The notes under the pieces were generated by a model. That model was given only the letters and a program-made list of their open reading frames with translations, had not been told where the DNA came from and searched no databases. A stretch of 64,000 nt of DNA, from contig OY969724.1 of assembly GCA_963702205.1 (NCBI GenBank), positions 928,001-992,000 on the forward strand, in the 5' to 3' direction. Below are positions 48,097-58,599 of this stretch, piece by piece (position 1 is the stretch's first letter; each line of letters opens with the position of its first letter). Source of the stretch: an uncultured candidate division Zixibacteria bacterium (GTDB lineage: Bacteria > Zixibacteria > MSB-5A5 > GN15 > PGXB01). A program made the translations under genes and the position numbers.

Positions 48097-51060
48097 TTAT
48101 CCGTCATTTGATTGTTCGCTCGTTTCCGGTTTCAAAGCCGGGTTGGGATTTCTAATCTTGGCCAGGTACGTGTTACGCGGTTTGGTCATGAATTCCGACA
48201 GCAGGGCGTACGATCTCGGCTTTTTCTTGAGTTCAGTTACTTTGCTTTCTTTGTCGTTGATATTGCCGAAACTAATGGCCCGGGTCGGGCAGGCCTGTTG
48301 ACAGGCGGTCATAAACTCGCCGTCGTGCAGGGTACGGTCTTCCTTTTTGGCCTTTTGTTTGTTGCGGTTGATTCTCTGTATGCAGAAAGTGCATTTCTCC
48401 ATCACGCCGCGAAAACGCATGGTTACGTCCGGATTCTGCGCCATTTGAATCGTCTCGGGAAGATTGTTGGTATAGTTGAAGAAGTTAAACCGCCGCACCT
48501 TATACGGACAGTTGTTGGAGCAATAGCGTGTTCCGATACAGCGGTTGTAGGTCATCATGTTGAGACCCTCTTCGCTGTGCGACGTTGCCGCTACCGGACA
48601 GACCGATTCGCACGGCGCGTTTTCGCACTGCTGGCAGGGCATCGGCATGTGCACCATCCTGGGGTCTTCTTCCTCACCCACAAAATACCGGTCGAGCCGT
48701 ATCCAGTGCATTTCCCGCCCGTTGGAAACCTGCTCTTTACCCACCACCTGTATGTTGTTTTCGCTCTGGCACGCGATAGTACAGGCGTTGCAGCCGATAC
48801 AACGGTTCAGGTCGATAACCATGCCCCACTGGTAACCTTTGGAATAGTCAAATTTGGGATAGATCGATTTCAACGCCGGATGCTCGACCATCTCATGGGC
48901 GAACTGCGGATTCTTTTCATATTCCTCAAGGTCGGCCTCGCGCACGATCGGTCGCCCGGCCATGGTTCCGTGGTCCTGAGTGTTGGCCATATCGTACTTA
49001 CGGCCGGTTTTCTTTAGTGTCGCACCGTCGCCATAATAAATGTTATTCAGGGTTCTCAGCTTGTATGTGTCAAAGCCGACCCCGTCGGCCACCCGGCCGA
49101 TATTTTCGCGGCCGTAGCCGAGCGACAGCATTAAATAATTATCCGCCAGGCCCGGTGTGATCCAGACCGGTATTTCCAGTGAATTGCCGGAATAATCTAT
49201 TTGCACTACGTCGGAATTGGCCAGGTCCATCTTCTTCGCGGTCGCGGGGCTAATCAGGGCCGGATTGTCCCACGAGAGTTTGCTTATGGGATCGGGCACT
49301 TCCTGCATCCAGCCGTTGTTGGACATAAGACCGTCATAGGTTTGCATCGACGGGTAAAAGCCGATTTCAACGTTTTGAGAAACTTTGATTTCAGACGGTA
49401 CCGACGGTTTGTCGCTCAATATCTTTATCGGTTCGGGCCCGGTTTTTGTCCCGGTGAAATAGCCGTCGTGCAAAACCTGATTCCACTCTTTATCGAAATT
49501 ATTGACGTCGAGTGAATATTTCCACGTTTCTTTGACTATGTCATACCCGCGTTTATCCAGCCCGGTCGTCAATAAAGACAAGAACTCGCAATCGCCGCGT
49601 GAGGCATAAAGCGGCTCGATCATCGGTTGTATGATACCGGTTGTACCGTTAAAAGCTATCGTATCGCCCCAACTTTCGAGGAAATGCGAGCGCGGAACGT
49701 GCCAGGTCGCGAGGCATCCGGTTTCATCGTACATCTCGCCGAAGTGAATTGTTGTAGCGATTTTATCAAGAACCGAGGCAAATTTCAAATCCGATGGTGC
49801 ATTATATACGGGATTGCCGCCGAATATGACCAGGGTATTGATTTTTCCGTCTTTGGCGGCATCGACCAGTGCCTTTAGACCCGTCGACTTGCCTATCGCC
49901 GTATTGTCGGTCCTGTAAAAGTCAACCGTGATGTCGATCGCACCGAGGGCCCGGTTGACCAAAAGGGCCAGCTCGTGCACCCAGACCGGCTGGCGGCGAC
50001 CCGCCACGACCACCGCGTGACCTTTGGCTTTGATCAGATCGTCTGATACGGTATCAATCCAGTGCTTGTCAAATGTAATATCGTACTGTGAATTTATATT
50101 CGGGATCGACAGGCCTTTCGATTTCAGGACGGCGGCGAGCTCTATAAGAAACGCGCCGATCTGCGATGAGGGCAGGCGGTAGCGGTGATCGGCCGACGCC
50201 CCGGTCACGGAGTACGTGCTTTCGACCACGTACAGGCGGTTCATCGCCTCGGTTTCTTCGATATCGCGTCGTTTGGCGAAATCGAATGCGGCTTTGATAT
50301 GTTCGGCTTCGGTTTGAAGGAAGTCCGAGTCGAGCGATAAAATTATGTCGGCTTTGTCATAATGATAAATAGGCCGGACAGTACGCCCGGTTATGTTTTC
50401 GGCCGCTTTGAAAATATTTTCGTCGCTTATGGGCTCATAAACCACCCATCGGGCGTTCGGGAACGTCTTGTCGAATTGACTTTTCAGGCGCTTTAGCGTC
50501 GGCGATGAAAACGGCTCGGATAAAATCGCCAGGCCTTCGCCCTTGTTCTGCTTGAACTGATCGAACTGCTTACGATAGAAAGCGACAAAATCGAGATATT
50601 TGGACAGCTCGCCTTTCTGCCTCGTCGTTTGCGAACGATCAGGATCGTACATATTTAAAATGGTCGACTGGGCGAAAACATCGGTTCCGCCGGGGGTCGA
50701 CGGGTGATCGTAATTGGCTTCGATTTTGGTCGGCCGTCCTTCGTGACATTCGACAATCAAACCGTAAGCCGACCCGCCAAACGGCATGGTCGTGGCGTAG
50801 TGCATCGGCACGCCGGGAATGACGCTTTCGGGCTGGGTCACATAGGGGACAATTTTCTCTATCGGGCGGCGGCATCCGGCCATCGAGGCCAGTGCGACCG
50901 AGGCTCCCATGATCCCCAGAAAGTGACGTCGGCTCCAGCGGTTGTCGATGTCCGAGGGATCATAGTGCGGCAAATCGCTTTTATCGACTTTGGTCAGTCC
51001 GGCTTTATGTTCCGGTGAGCGCCAGTGTATTTTTTCTTTTTTATCCAAAACTTTTCTCAT
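48097..51060 (-). CDS. actB: Alternative complex III subunit B (Tat; molybdopterin-fold + Fe-S)
   Basis: SRRHFL Tat motif; CIGCNACTIAC, CQQCENAPC, CIGTRYCSNNCPY and CTFC...CQQACP; ATGA overlap with actA. Confidence 0.95.
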   Translation of the reverse strand: MRKVLDKKEKIHWRSPEHKAGLTKVDKSDLPHYDPSDIDNRWSRRHFLGIMGASVALASMAGCRRPIEKIVPYVTQPESVIPGVPMHYATTMPFGGSAYGLIVECHEGRPTKIEANYDHPSTPGGTDVFAQSTILNMYDPDRSQTTRQKGELSKYLDFVAFYRKQFDQFKQNKGEGLAILSEPFSSPTLKRLKSQFDKTFPNARWVVYEPISDENIFKAAENITGRTVRPIYHYDKADIILSLDSDFLQTEAEHIKAAFDFAKRRDIEETEAMNRLYVVESTYSVTGASADHRYRLPSSQIGAFLIELAAVLKSKGLSIPNINSQYDITFDKHWIDTVSDDLIKAKGHAVVVAGRRQPVWVHELALLVNRALGAIDITVDFYRTDNTAIGKSTGLKALVDAAKDGKINTLVIFGGNPVYNAPSDLKFASVLDKIATTIHFGEMYDETGCLATWHVPRSHFLESWGDTIAFNGTTGIIQPMIEPLYASRGDCEFLSLLTTGLDKRGYDIVKETWKYSLDVNNFDKEWNQVLHDGYFTGTKTGPEPIKILSDKPSVPSEIKVSQNVEIGFYPSMQTYDGLMSNNGWMQEVPDPISKLSWDNPALISPATAKKMDLANSDVVQIDYSGNSLEIPVWITPGLADNYLMLSLGYGRENIGRVADGVGFDTYKLRTLNNIYYGDGATLKKTGRKYDMANTQDHGTMAGRPIVREADLEEYEKNPQFAHEMVEHPALKSIYPKFDYSKGYQWGMVIDLNRCIGCNACTIACQSENNIQVVGKEQVSNGREMHWIRLDRYFVGEEEDPRMVHMPMPCQQCENAPCESVCPVAATSHSEEGLNMMTYNRCIGTRYCSNNCPYKVRRFNFFNYTNNLPETIQMAQNPDVTMRFRGVMEKCTFCIQRINRNKQKAKKEDRTLHDGEFMTACQQACPTRAISFGNINDKESKVTELKKKPRSYALLSEFMTKPRNTYLAKIRNPNPALKPETSEQSNDG

Positions 51061-51710
51061 CGGTGACAGGTGGAACAATTTTCCGAAGGGTTTACATCAT
51101 GATCCCGCCGGAAATTTTTCGCGAATTTCAACTGCTCTTCGCGCGGCGGCGGGACATATTCCATATTGGTTACTTCCGAAGTCGGTCTCAAGTGCATATC
51201 CGGGTTACGGTGGCAGTCGAGACACCACGACATCGACAGCGGCTTGACCTGATGCACGCGCTCCATCTGGTCGATCCGTCCGTGACATTCGACACACCCC
51301 ACGCCGGCCCGAAGATGAGCGCTGTGGTCGAAATAGGCGTATTCGCCTATTTTGTGCACCCGCACCCATTTGATGGGAATATTGTTGGCGAAACTTTCGC
51401 GCACCGGCAGAAGTTTTTCGCTTTCCGGAAGAATTATCTTGTGGCAATTCATGCAGACCGAAGTCGCCGGGACATTGGCGTCGCGCGATTTTTCCACGTC
51501 GAAATGGCAGTACCGACAATCCATACCCAGGTCACCGGCGTGGAGCTTGTGGCTGTACGGCACCGGCTGAACCGGGGCATAACCGACGTCGGTGTACCAC
51601 GGTGAAAAATAGTACCAGACAAACGCTACCGCGGTGCATACGAAGACGACCGATCCGACCGCGATAATAGCAGGTATATTGTTAGCCCACTTGGGGAAAA
51701 TTTGCGCCAA
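51057..51710 (-). CDS. actA: Alternative complex III pentaheme cytochrome c subunit A
   Basis: Five CxxCH motifs (CRYCH, CMNCH, CVECH, CLDCH, CSTCH) and an N-terminal TM helix. Confidence 0.95.
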   Translation of the reverse strand: MAQIFPKWANNIPAIIAVGSVVFVCTAVAFVWYYFSPWYTDVGYAPVQPVPYSHKLHAGDLGMDCRYCHFDVEKSRDANVPATSVCMNCHKIILPESEKLLPVRESFANNIPIKWVRVHKIGEYAYFDHSAHLRAGVGCVECHGRIDQMERVHQVKPLSMSWCLDCHRNPDMHLRPTSEVTNMEYVPPPREEQLKFAKNFRRDHDVNPSENCSTCHR

Positions 51711-51740
51711 AATTTACTCCTGCCAACCTATATAAGCAGT

Positions 51741-52619
51741 TTAAATGTTCAGGGCAACATAAACCAGCTTGTCAAATACCATAGCACCAAACAGCCCGAA
51801 CAAATAAATGATGGAATATTTGAAAACATCCCAATCGAGTTTTTGTTTCCTGATTTTACGGGCCAGTTGGATTTTATAAATAAAAACTATTCCCAGTACC
51901 GTCGCCGAAACCATATAGACCCAGCCGAAAGCGGTCAGGCCCAGCGCCACCGAAGCTATCAGCAGCGCGACCGCGTAGCGCATCATGCTGTTCAATGTCG
52001 CGACGTCGCCCCGCACGTTCGGCATCATCGGAAGCTCGGCGGAATCATAATCGTCTTTGAACCGCATCGCCAGCGCCCAGAAATGCGGCGGGGTCCACAA
52101 AAATATAATCAGCGACATCAGAGACGGAGTCAGCGCGATTTGCCCGGTCGCGGCCGTCCACGCGCCGAGCGGAGCCATGGCTCCGGCCACGCCGCCGATA
52201 ACAATATTTTGCACCGTCGTCGGTTTCAGTATAATCGTATAGAAAAGGCTGTAAAATATTATCGTCATCGCCGCCAGAACGGCCGTGATGAGATTGAAGG
52301 CCAGATACATGATCGCCACCCCGATAATTCCGATAGCCAGTGAAAAACTTAGCGCCTGTCGGGGGCTTAACTGCCCGGTGGGCAGCGGGCGGCGTCTGGC
52401 CGTGCGGATCATCTTGCTGTCGATCTGCCGCTCCAGATATTGATTCAGGGCGTTGGCTGAACCGCCGGTCAAATACAAGCCTGTCATAAACAAAGCGAAT
52501 TTCAAGGGATCGGTCAGAAAGCTCCCCTGGATTATCAGAGCCGTCGCACCGGCGGTAAGGACCAAAATCATAATCGACGGCTTGGTCAGCCGCCAGAAAT
52601 ATATGGGAAGTTTAGTCAT
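51741..52619 (-). CDS. ctaB: Protoheme IX farnesyltransferase (heme O synthase)
   Basis: LTKP, NQYLERQIDSKMIRTARRRPLP and WTPPHFWAL motifs; start MTKLP at 52619. Confidence 0.95.
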   Translation of the reverse strand: MTKLPIYFWRLTKPSIMILVLTAGATALIIQGSFLTDPLKFALFMTGLYLTGGSANALNQYLERQIDSKMIRTARRRPLPTGQLSPRQALSFSLAIGIIGVAIMYLAFNLITAVLAAMTIIFYSLFYTIILKPTTVQNIVIGGVAGAMAPLGAWTAATGQIALTPSLMSLIIFLWTPPHFWALAMRFKDDYDSAELPMMPNVRGDVATLNSMMRYAVALLIASVALGLTAFGWVYMVSATVLGIVFIYKIQLARKIRKQKLDWDVFKYSIIYLFGLFGAMVFDKLVYVALNI

Positions 52620-52955
52620 GGTAATGCCCAAAATGGAAAAAAAGACCGGCAAAGGCAAGCTATTTCTGTCGATTGCAGCGACTGTTTGTGTCGTAAGTCG
52701 CTGAACCATAATATATTTCGATTGCCGCGCGTTGCCCTGAATCCGAGTTTTCGGGAAATATATCGGGCTGCATGAAGAAGATTTGCCGCTGAAACTGTCA
52801 TCGCTTGATTTTGCTCTGTTGTTAATCCTATCATCCCGGTTGCCATTTGCCCGGACACCTAAAAGTCCGATTTTTAAACACAAGGAAGTTACAACACCAT
52901 TTACGCGGCGTTGTTTCCGATGAATGGAAAAATATCCGGCTGGAAGCGGGTAATA

Positions 52956-53735
52956 TCAGATTTTAAGATCAATCCCGATCGGACAGTGATCGGAACCCTC
53001 GATTTCCGGCAGGATGAAAGCATCCGTCACACTGTTGCCGAGCGCCTTGTTGACAATGAAATAATCTATACGCCAGCCGATGTTTCTTTCCCGGGCGCGA
53101 GTTTTCATATCCCACCAGGTGTACTGCTCCGGTTTGTCGTTGAAAATACGGAGCGTATCGAGAAACCCACGGTCAATCACCTTATCGATCCAGGCGCGCT
53201 CTTCGGGGAGAAACCCGGAGACTTTTTCATTTTCTTTGGGGCGGGCGAGGTCGATTTCCTTGTGGGCCGTGTTGACATCGCCGCAGATGACCACGTTCTG
53301 ACCTTGTTTAGCCCGACTTACGATGACTTTTAAGAAAGCATCGTAAAAGTCCATTTTGTATTTAAGCCGTTCTTTCGACGCCTTACCGTTGGGGAAATAG
53401 ACGTTGAACAGGGTAAACTCGTCGTACTGAGCCTCGAGGACCCGGCCTTCCCCGTCAAACGTTTTATTCCCGAAACCGTACGTTACCTTATTCGGCTTCA
53501 AAGAAGTGTAAATCGCCACTCCGCTGTAGCCTTTCCTTTTCGCCGAGCAGAAGTACGAGGTATAGCCGTCGATATTAACCAGTTCATCGTCGAGCTGTTC
53601 TTTCTGCGCCTTGGTTTCCTGGAGGCACAATATTTCCGGACGCATTTCGGTAAACCAACCCAGCGCGCCTTTGCGCTGGACGGCCCGTATGCCGTTGACA
53701 TTCCACGATATCAGTTTAATCTTCTTGTCGGCCAT
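52956..53735 (-). CDS. xth: Exodeoxyribonuclease III
   Basis: [27 protein letters not shown] and GSDHCP motifs. Confidence 0.96.
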   Translation of the reverse strand: MADKKIKLISWNVNGIRAVQRKGALGWFTEMRPEILCLQETKAQKEQLDDELVNIDGYTSYFCSAKRKGYSGVAIYTSLKPNKVTYGFGNKTFDGEGRVLEAQYDEFTLFNVYFPNGKASKERLKYKMDFYDAFLKVIVSRAKQGQNVVICGDVNTAHKEIDLARPKENEKVSGFLPEERAWIDKVIDRGFLDTLRIFNDKPEQYTWWDMKTRARERNIGWRIDYFIVNKALGNSVTDAFILPEIEGSDHCPIGIDLKI

Positions 53736-53742
53736 ATTAACT

Positions 53743-54618
53743 CTATCTCTTTTTCTTGTATTTCACGTTTATATAGTGCCGGGACAACTGCTCTTTCAGA
53801 TAATTAAAGGCCGGTTCGACTTCGTCGAAAGTCCGATACAGCTTCAAATCTTCCGGTGAAATCGTACCCCATTTTACCAGTTCATCTATTTTGACGATGT
53901 CTTTCCAGTATTCCGCGCCGTACAAAACTACCGGCATCGGCTTGTTAGTCTTGTGAGTTTGGATGAGCGTCAGCAGTTCGAAGAATTCATCGAGCGTCCC
54001 GAAGCCTCCGGGAAACACCACCAGCGCTTTGCCGAGATAGAAAAACCAGAACTTACGGATAAAAAAGTAGTGGAATTCAAGCGACAGTTCGGGCGATTGA
54101 TATTTATTGGGCTCCTGTTCCATCGGCAGGCTGATGTTCAGCCCCACCGATTTTCCGCCCGCCTTCTTGGCTCCCCGATTGGCCGCTTCCATTATTCCGG
54201 GGCCTCCGCCGGTGCAGATGACAAAACGTTTGTTTTTGGATTCTTCGATTTCGTGAAACCAGCGCGTCAGTTTTTCCGATAATTTCATGGCATCTTCGTA
54301 GTAGCGGGCCATGATCAGACCGCGACGAGCCAGTTCCAGCTCTTGTTTTAGACTTGCCGAGGGACGGTTGGCGTTTTTGACCGCGGCTTCGATATTTTTC
54401 AGCCGTCGCCGTGCTTCCGGCATGGGAAGAGTCCTCGCCGACCCGAAAAAGACGACCGTATTCCATACATTGTGGCGACGAAATCTGTCCAACGGCTCGA
54501 CCATCTCGGCCAATACCCGGATAACCCGTGCCGGCGGGCTGTTCAGGAATTCGTAATTGTTGTAGGCCTTGACCAGTTTGTGCAGGCCCTGTTTGTCATT
54601 ATTATTTTTCGATGGCAT
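53743..54618 (-). CDS. LOG family (TIGR00730-type) Rossmann-fold protein
   Basis: [21 protein letters not shown] and PGGFGTLDE motifs. Confidence 0.92.
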   Translation of the reverse strand: MPSKNNNDKQGLHKLVKAYNNYEFLNSPPARVIRVLAEMVEPLDRFRRHNVWNTVVFFGSARTLPMPEARRRLKNIEAAVKNANRPSASLKQELELARRGLIMARYYEDAMKLSEKLTRWFHEIEESKNKRFVICTGGGPGIMEAANRGAKKAGGKSVGLNISLPMEQEPNKYQSPELSLEFHYFFIRKFWFFYLGKALVVFPGGFGTLDEFFELLTLIQTHKTNKPMPVVLYGAEYWKDIVKIDELVKWGTISPEDLKLYRTFDEVEPAFNYLKEQLSRHYINVKYKKKR

Positions 54619-54723
54619 CTATAACCTTTCGTAGTTTCCGTCTCTGTATTTGGTCATAAAGATATGCATTGGCTTTGTGAAATGTAACAAAAAGACGTGG
54701 CGAAGGTTTGAAATATGTTTCAC

Positions 54724-55192
54724 TCAGGTATTTTTTCCCGGCGGTGAATAGACAAGGCCGTGCTCGATATAGAATTTCAAAAGAGTCAGGGCTTCGCCCC
54801 AGCCCGAGGCGCATTCCAAAATCATCGCCCGGCCTTTTTTGGTGTCGCGGTAGCCTTCTTCGGTCAATCTGATCACCGTCCCGCCGTGCGCGGCTGCAAG
54901 ATTGAACGTTATCACCGATGGCCCGCCGCTTTCTGGTGTTCCCCATTGAAAAGCGAATTTATTAGGTCGGTCGGCGATCAGCACTTTGCCCGGCGCCGCC
55001 AGCGAATAAAAATCAGGACCCCAGTCTTTCCAGCGGAATATTATATCGCCGCCGGGACGAGGCTCGAGCTCCATGCCGGTCGTGAAAAATGTGTTCCAGT
55101 CGTCGGCGGAGACGATTGTATCGGTACACTTTCCCGACAGGCGCCTTGATAAAAGTATTCTGCCTGATGCAGCCATCGAATTTCTCGTTCAT
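54724..55192 (-). CDS. SRPBCC/AHSA1-domain protein, apparent +1 frameshift at ~55123
   Basis: ATG at 55192 (ATGA-coupled to tag) gives MNEKFDGCIRQNTFIKAPVGKVY; removing one C continues DTIVSADDWNTFF...GWGEALTLLK. Confidence 0.82.
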
Positions 55193-55779
55193 GGCATTCT
55201 CTTCCTGATATATTTTTGTACTTCCTTGTATCGAAAACAGTCGACCGTATGATCGTTGACCATCCCTACCGCCTGCATGAAGGCATAACAGATGGTCGGC
55301 CCGACAAACTTGAAGCCGCGTTTTTTGAGGTCTTTGCTCATTGTGCGTGCAATCTCGGATTCGGCGGGCACTGCGCTCATAATTTTAAATTTATTGATTA
55401 TCGGGCGGTTGTCGACAAAGGCCCAGATATATTTGGCAAACGATCCGAACTCTTTTTTTACTTCCAGGTAGGCTTTGGCATTGGCGACAATCGCTTCGAT
55501 CTTGAGACGGTTGCGGATTATGCCTGCGTTGTTTATCAGTTTTTCTTTTCGGGCACTTTTGTATCGCGCGATCTTCGCCGCATCGAAATTGTCCAGCGCC
55601 TGGCGGTAGTTCTCGCGCTTGCGCAGAATCGTAATCCAGCTCAGTCCCGCCTGCATTCCTTCGAGAATCAAAAATTCAAACAGTATCCGGTCGTCATATA
55701 CCGGCACGCCCCACTCTTTATCGTGGTAGGCTATATACAGCGGATCGCTCCCCGCCCACCCGCATCTGATCTTTTCCAT
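55189..55779 (-). CDS. tag: DNA-3-methyladenine glycosylase I
   Basis: RCGW, YHDKEWG, EGMQAGLSW, IIRNRLKI and NDHTVDC motifs. Confidence 0.96.
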   Translation of the reverse strand: MEKIRCGWAGSDPLYIAYHDKEWGVPVYDDRILFEFLILEGMQAGLSWITILRKRENYRQALDNFDAAKIARYKSARKEKLINNAGIIRNRLKIEAIVANAKAYLEVKKEFGSFAKYIWAFVDNRPIINKFKIMSAVPAESEIARTMSKDLKKRGFKFVGPTICYAFMQAVGMVNDHTVDCFRYKEVQKYIRKRMP

Positions 55780-55788
55780 TTGTATTTC

Positions 55789-56553
55789 CTAAAAAACTTT
55801 GGTTCCGGTGACAATCATCATCTGACGGTCGGGCGAAATCGGCTCGTCTTTCAAAGAGCCGGTTCCTTCTATGTTTACGAAGCGCGCCCGCTCGAACATT
55901 GCCAAAATTTCATGATAGGCATAGGCCCTGATGTCGGTTTTGTAGTGGCTTTCCTGCCCATCTTTGATAATAGTCCAGTCTTCGCGCATGGTCGAAGTTT
56001 CGAAATCGAAGGTCCGGTCCTCCATCAAAATCGTGTCACCGACTTTGAACCAGTCGGTCGGGCGGAAATGCCGGACGACAAAATCGCGGTTGACGACGTG
56101 CAGTAAAAACCTCCCGCCCGGTTTTAATGCCTGATGCGCTTTCTTGAGTACCAGAAAATTATCTTCTTCTTTTTCGAAAAATCCGAATGACGTCCAGATA
56201 TTTGCAGCGGCATCGAATTCGTTTTTGAAATTTATCCGCCGCATGTCTTTGCAGATCGTTTTGATCGGGAGCTTTTTGGCCGCCGCCAGTTTGTCCAACT
56301 CATCCAGATAGGCCCTGGTGACATCGACGCCGGTTACTTTTATTCCCAGGCGGGCCATCGGCACCGCTATCCGCCCGACGCCGCAGGGACAATCGAGGAA
56401 TTTATGCCCCGGTTTCAGTTGCAGCCTTTTGATGAAATAGCGCGTCTGGGCATTATTGACCTTGGGAGTGAACATATCGAACGCGGCTCGAAACGGATCA
56501 AAGAAGGTCTCCCACCAGCCTGAATCTTTTTTCATGTAATCATACTCCGGCAA
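55789..56553 (-). CDS. Class I SAM-dependent methyltransferase
   Basis: LDCPCGVGR, GVD, DMR, TSFGFF and LKPGG motifs. Confidence 0.9.
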   Translation of the reverse strand: MPEYDYMKKDSGWWETFFDPFRAAFDMFTPKVNNAQTRYFIKRLQLKPGHKFLDCPCGVGRIAVPMARLGIKVTGVDVTRAYLDELDKLAAAKKLPIKTICKDMRRINFKNEFDAAANIWTSFGFFEKEEDNFLVLKKAHQALKPGGRFLLHVVNRDFVVRHFRPTDWFKVGDTILMEDRTFDFETSTMREDWTIIKDGQESHYKTDIRAYAYHEILAMFERARFVNIEGTGSLKDEPISPDRQMMIVTGTKVF

Positions 56554-56653
56554 AATGCAGTTTGAAACTGTCCCAATATACGGAAATCGAGCCGGAATGA
56601 AAAACGATTATTAAAAACGACGGGTCCAATATTTGAAATACATCTGTCGGAAT

Positions 56654-57895
56654 CTATTGAAGCAGGATAATCGGAATGTGCAGTATCGCGAGGATGCCAA
56701 AACGTATAATGGTCGCTTTGCGGGCGTTTTTAGCGAGAAAACCAAAATATATTCCCTTTAAGACGGTGTTGGAAAGCATCGAAACCAGAATGGCCGAAAC
56801 CATCAAAGATTCCACCGAAACCGTCTGGCTGACGACCGACAGAATGAAAGGGTCGATGTCCGAAATACCGATTATCGCCGCCAGCGTAATAACCCCGGCG
56901 TTGCCGTAAAATTTTTGCACCAGTATGGTAGCCACCGAAAGCACCACGAACAACACCGCGAAAACCATCGCCGGGCGAATTTCAAACGGATTTTTCAAAG
57001 TTCCGACATGGGTCTTGCCGTTTTCGGGCTTGGAATGGGTGCGGAAAATCGAGAGAGACAGCCCAATTGCGAATAGAATAACAAGTTTCCACCAGATATC
57101 GTGCAAAAACCCGGGATTGATGAACCATATCAGCACCAGTATACGAATATACATAATACTGCTCGCCAGTATCGACGCCTGAAGTGCATTGGCGCTTTGT
57201 TCGGGTTTGTTCTGGGCGATACGCCCAGCCGCGATGGCCACGGCCGTGCTGGAGACAATTCCGCCGAGGAGTCCCGAAAGCCAGAAGCCGACTTTATCCC
57301 CGAATTTTTTGGTCAGGAAATATCCGGCGAAACCGATCGACGACACCAGCACTACGATTTGCCAGATTTTGCGCGGGTTAAGATTGAACTGGGTGTAGGC
57401 CTGATTGGGCAAAACCGGTAGAATTATCAGTGTCACCAGCAGGAATTTAACCACCGCGAGAAATTCGATTTTGTTCAGACGGTCGACATACTGCTCGAAA
57501 CGCGCTTTTTCTGAAAGCAGGAACGTCCCGACAACGCCCAGAGCCAAAGCGAGCCATATGTCAGACAATAAGCACAGCGCGCCGGTGATAAATGTCAGGA
57601 CCGCCGCTACTTCACTGGTCCAGCCGACATGCCCGCCTTTGAGCTTGGCCAGATAGCCGACCACGGCCAGGGCGGTGATTGACAGCAAGCCGATCGGAAG
57701 CATCAACTGAATGCCCGAATTGTACAGCCAGGCGCACCCGAAGCCGTAAACGCCGATCAGCGAATATGTGCGCACCCCGGCATAAGCCCGGCCTTTGTGG
57801 GCCAGCGCCGAGCTTTCACGCTCCAATCCGATTAAAAACGACAGTCCAAGGGCTATCACAAATCGAGCGTGGACCGATATATAAATTTCCTGCAT
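56654..57895 (-). CDS. MgtC/SapB-DUF4010 membrane protein
   Basis: IGLERE...AGVRTY, GWTSEVA and GGIVSSTA motifs. Confidence 0.9.
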   Translation of the reverse strand: MQEIYISVHARFVIALGLSFLIGLERESSALAHKGRAYAGVRTYSLIGVYGFGCAWLYNSGIQLMLPIGLLSITALAVVGYLAKLKGGHVGWTSEVAAVLTFITGALCLLSDIWLALALGVVGTFLLSEKARFEQYVDRLNKIEFLAVVKFLLVTLIILPVLPNQAYTQFNLNPRKIWQIVVLVSSIGFAGYFLTKKFGDKVGFWLSGLLGGIVSSTAVAIAAGRIAQNKPEQSANALQASILASSIMYIRILVLIWFINPGFLHDIWWKLVILFAIGLSLSIFRTHSKPENGKTHVGTLKNPFEIRPAMVFAVLFVVLSVATILVQKFYGNAGVITLAAIIGISDIDPFILSVVSQTVSVESLMVSAILVSMLSNTVLKGIYFGFLAKNARKATIIRFGILAILHIPIILLQ

Positions 57896-58038
57896 AAAAT
57901 TCTCGCTGCGCCGTCCGGTTTATCTTCTATATACTAAAACCATAAATTACACAAAATGGACTGTCAATATATTATATATCGCCTGCCTTGGTACTTTTTT
58001 GAATCCGGGACGGCTCCAATATCCGAAAAGATCGCATA

Positions 58039-58455
58039 TTAATAGGCCAGAACTCGGCAGCAATCCAGCACCAGACCGTATTCCGGCTGGATTTTGACCA
58101 TACGGCCGCTGACCGTAATGTCCTGCTGGGGGCCAAGGACGACCTGATCCAGAGTGGTAAAATCCAGCAAGTTACATTTGACAACGCCTTCCTCCCCACA
58201 GGAATACCCGGCCAGCCACACCTCGGTGGGATGGTCCCCGCCAATTACCTGGCAAATGGTACCGGTGACCTCGAGAAGCTGACCATCGTATATTTTAAAG
58301 GCTTCAGAGCGGTTAGTCTCGAAAGCCCGGAATAATTCAGGCGCCGTTAATGCCATATCCGGTTTCTCTTCCTGCGGAAGGTGCACTTTCAGGCCCCAGC
58401 GTATCATTGCTAAAACGAGAATAATAAAAGCGATTTTGACGAAAAACCGATTCAC
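58039..58455 (-). CDS. Membrane-anchored OB-fold (tRNA_anti-like) protein
   Basis: N-terminal TM helix; LTAPELFRAFETN...YDGQLLEVTGTI...ITVSG...LDCC pattern. Confidence 0.7.
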   Translation of the reverse strand: MNRFFVKIAFIILVLAMIRWGLKVHLPQEEKPDMALTAPELFRAFETNRSEAFKIYDGQLLEVTGTICQVIGGDHPTEVWLAGYSCGEEGVVKCNLLDFTTLDQVVLGPQQDITVSGRMVKIQPEYGLVLDCCRVLAY

Positions 58456-58499
58456 GAAGTCCCCATGAAGTCATTAAACCAAATCATGCTTATTTGCAA

Positions 58500-58526
58500 T
58501 TATCGACACACCGGCAAATCCATTTA
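58500..58526 (-). promoter_or_regulatory. Sigma28-type promoter of the OB-fold gene
   Basis: Minus strand TAAA-N15-GTCGATAA. Confidence 0.55.
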
Positions 58527-58599
58527 ACCGGCCCAAAAGCAGGGTATTAAAACTCTCGAAATGTTTGTTTAAGACTTAAAGTCGATGTATCTTGGCCTT

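Noticed and set aside
52676..52703. Hairpin CAGCGACT-N12-AGTCGCTG in the ctaB leader as a riboswitch
   Set aside because: No recognisable aptamer consensus; a single 8-bp stem is insufficient evidence.
54675..54692. Second Rex/CRP-like site (TTGTGAAATGTAACAA) upstream of the LOG gene
   Set aside because: Half-site spacing is 2 nt short and the right half is imperfect.
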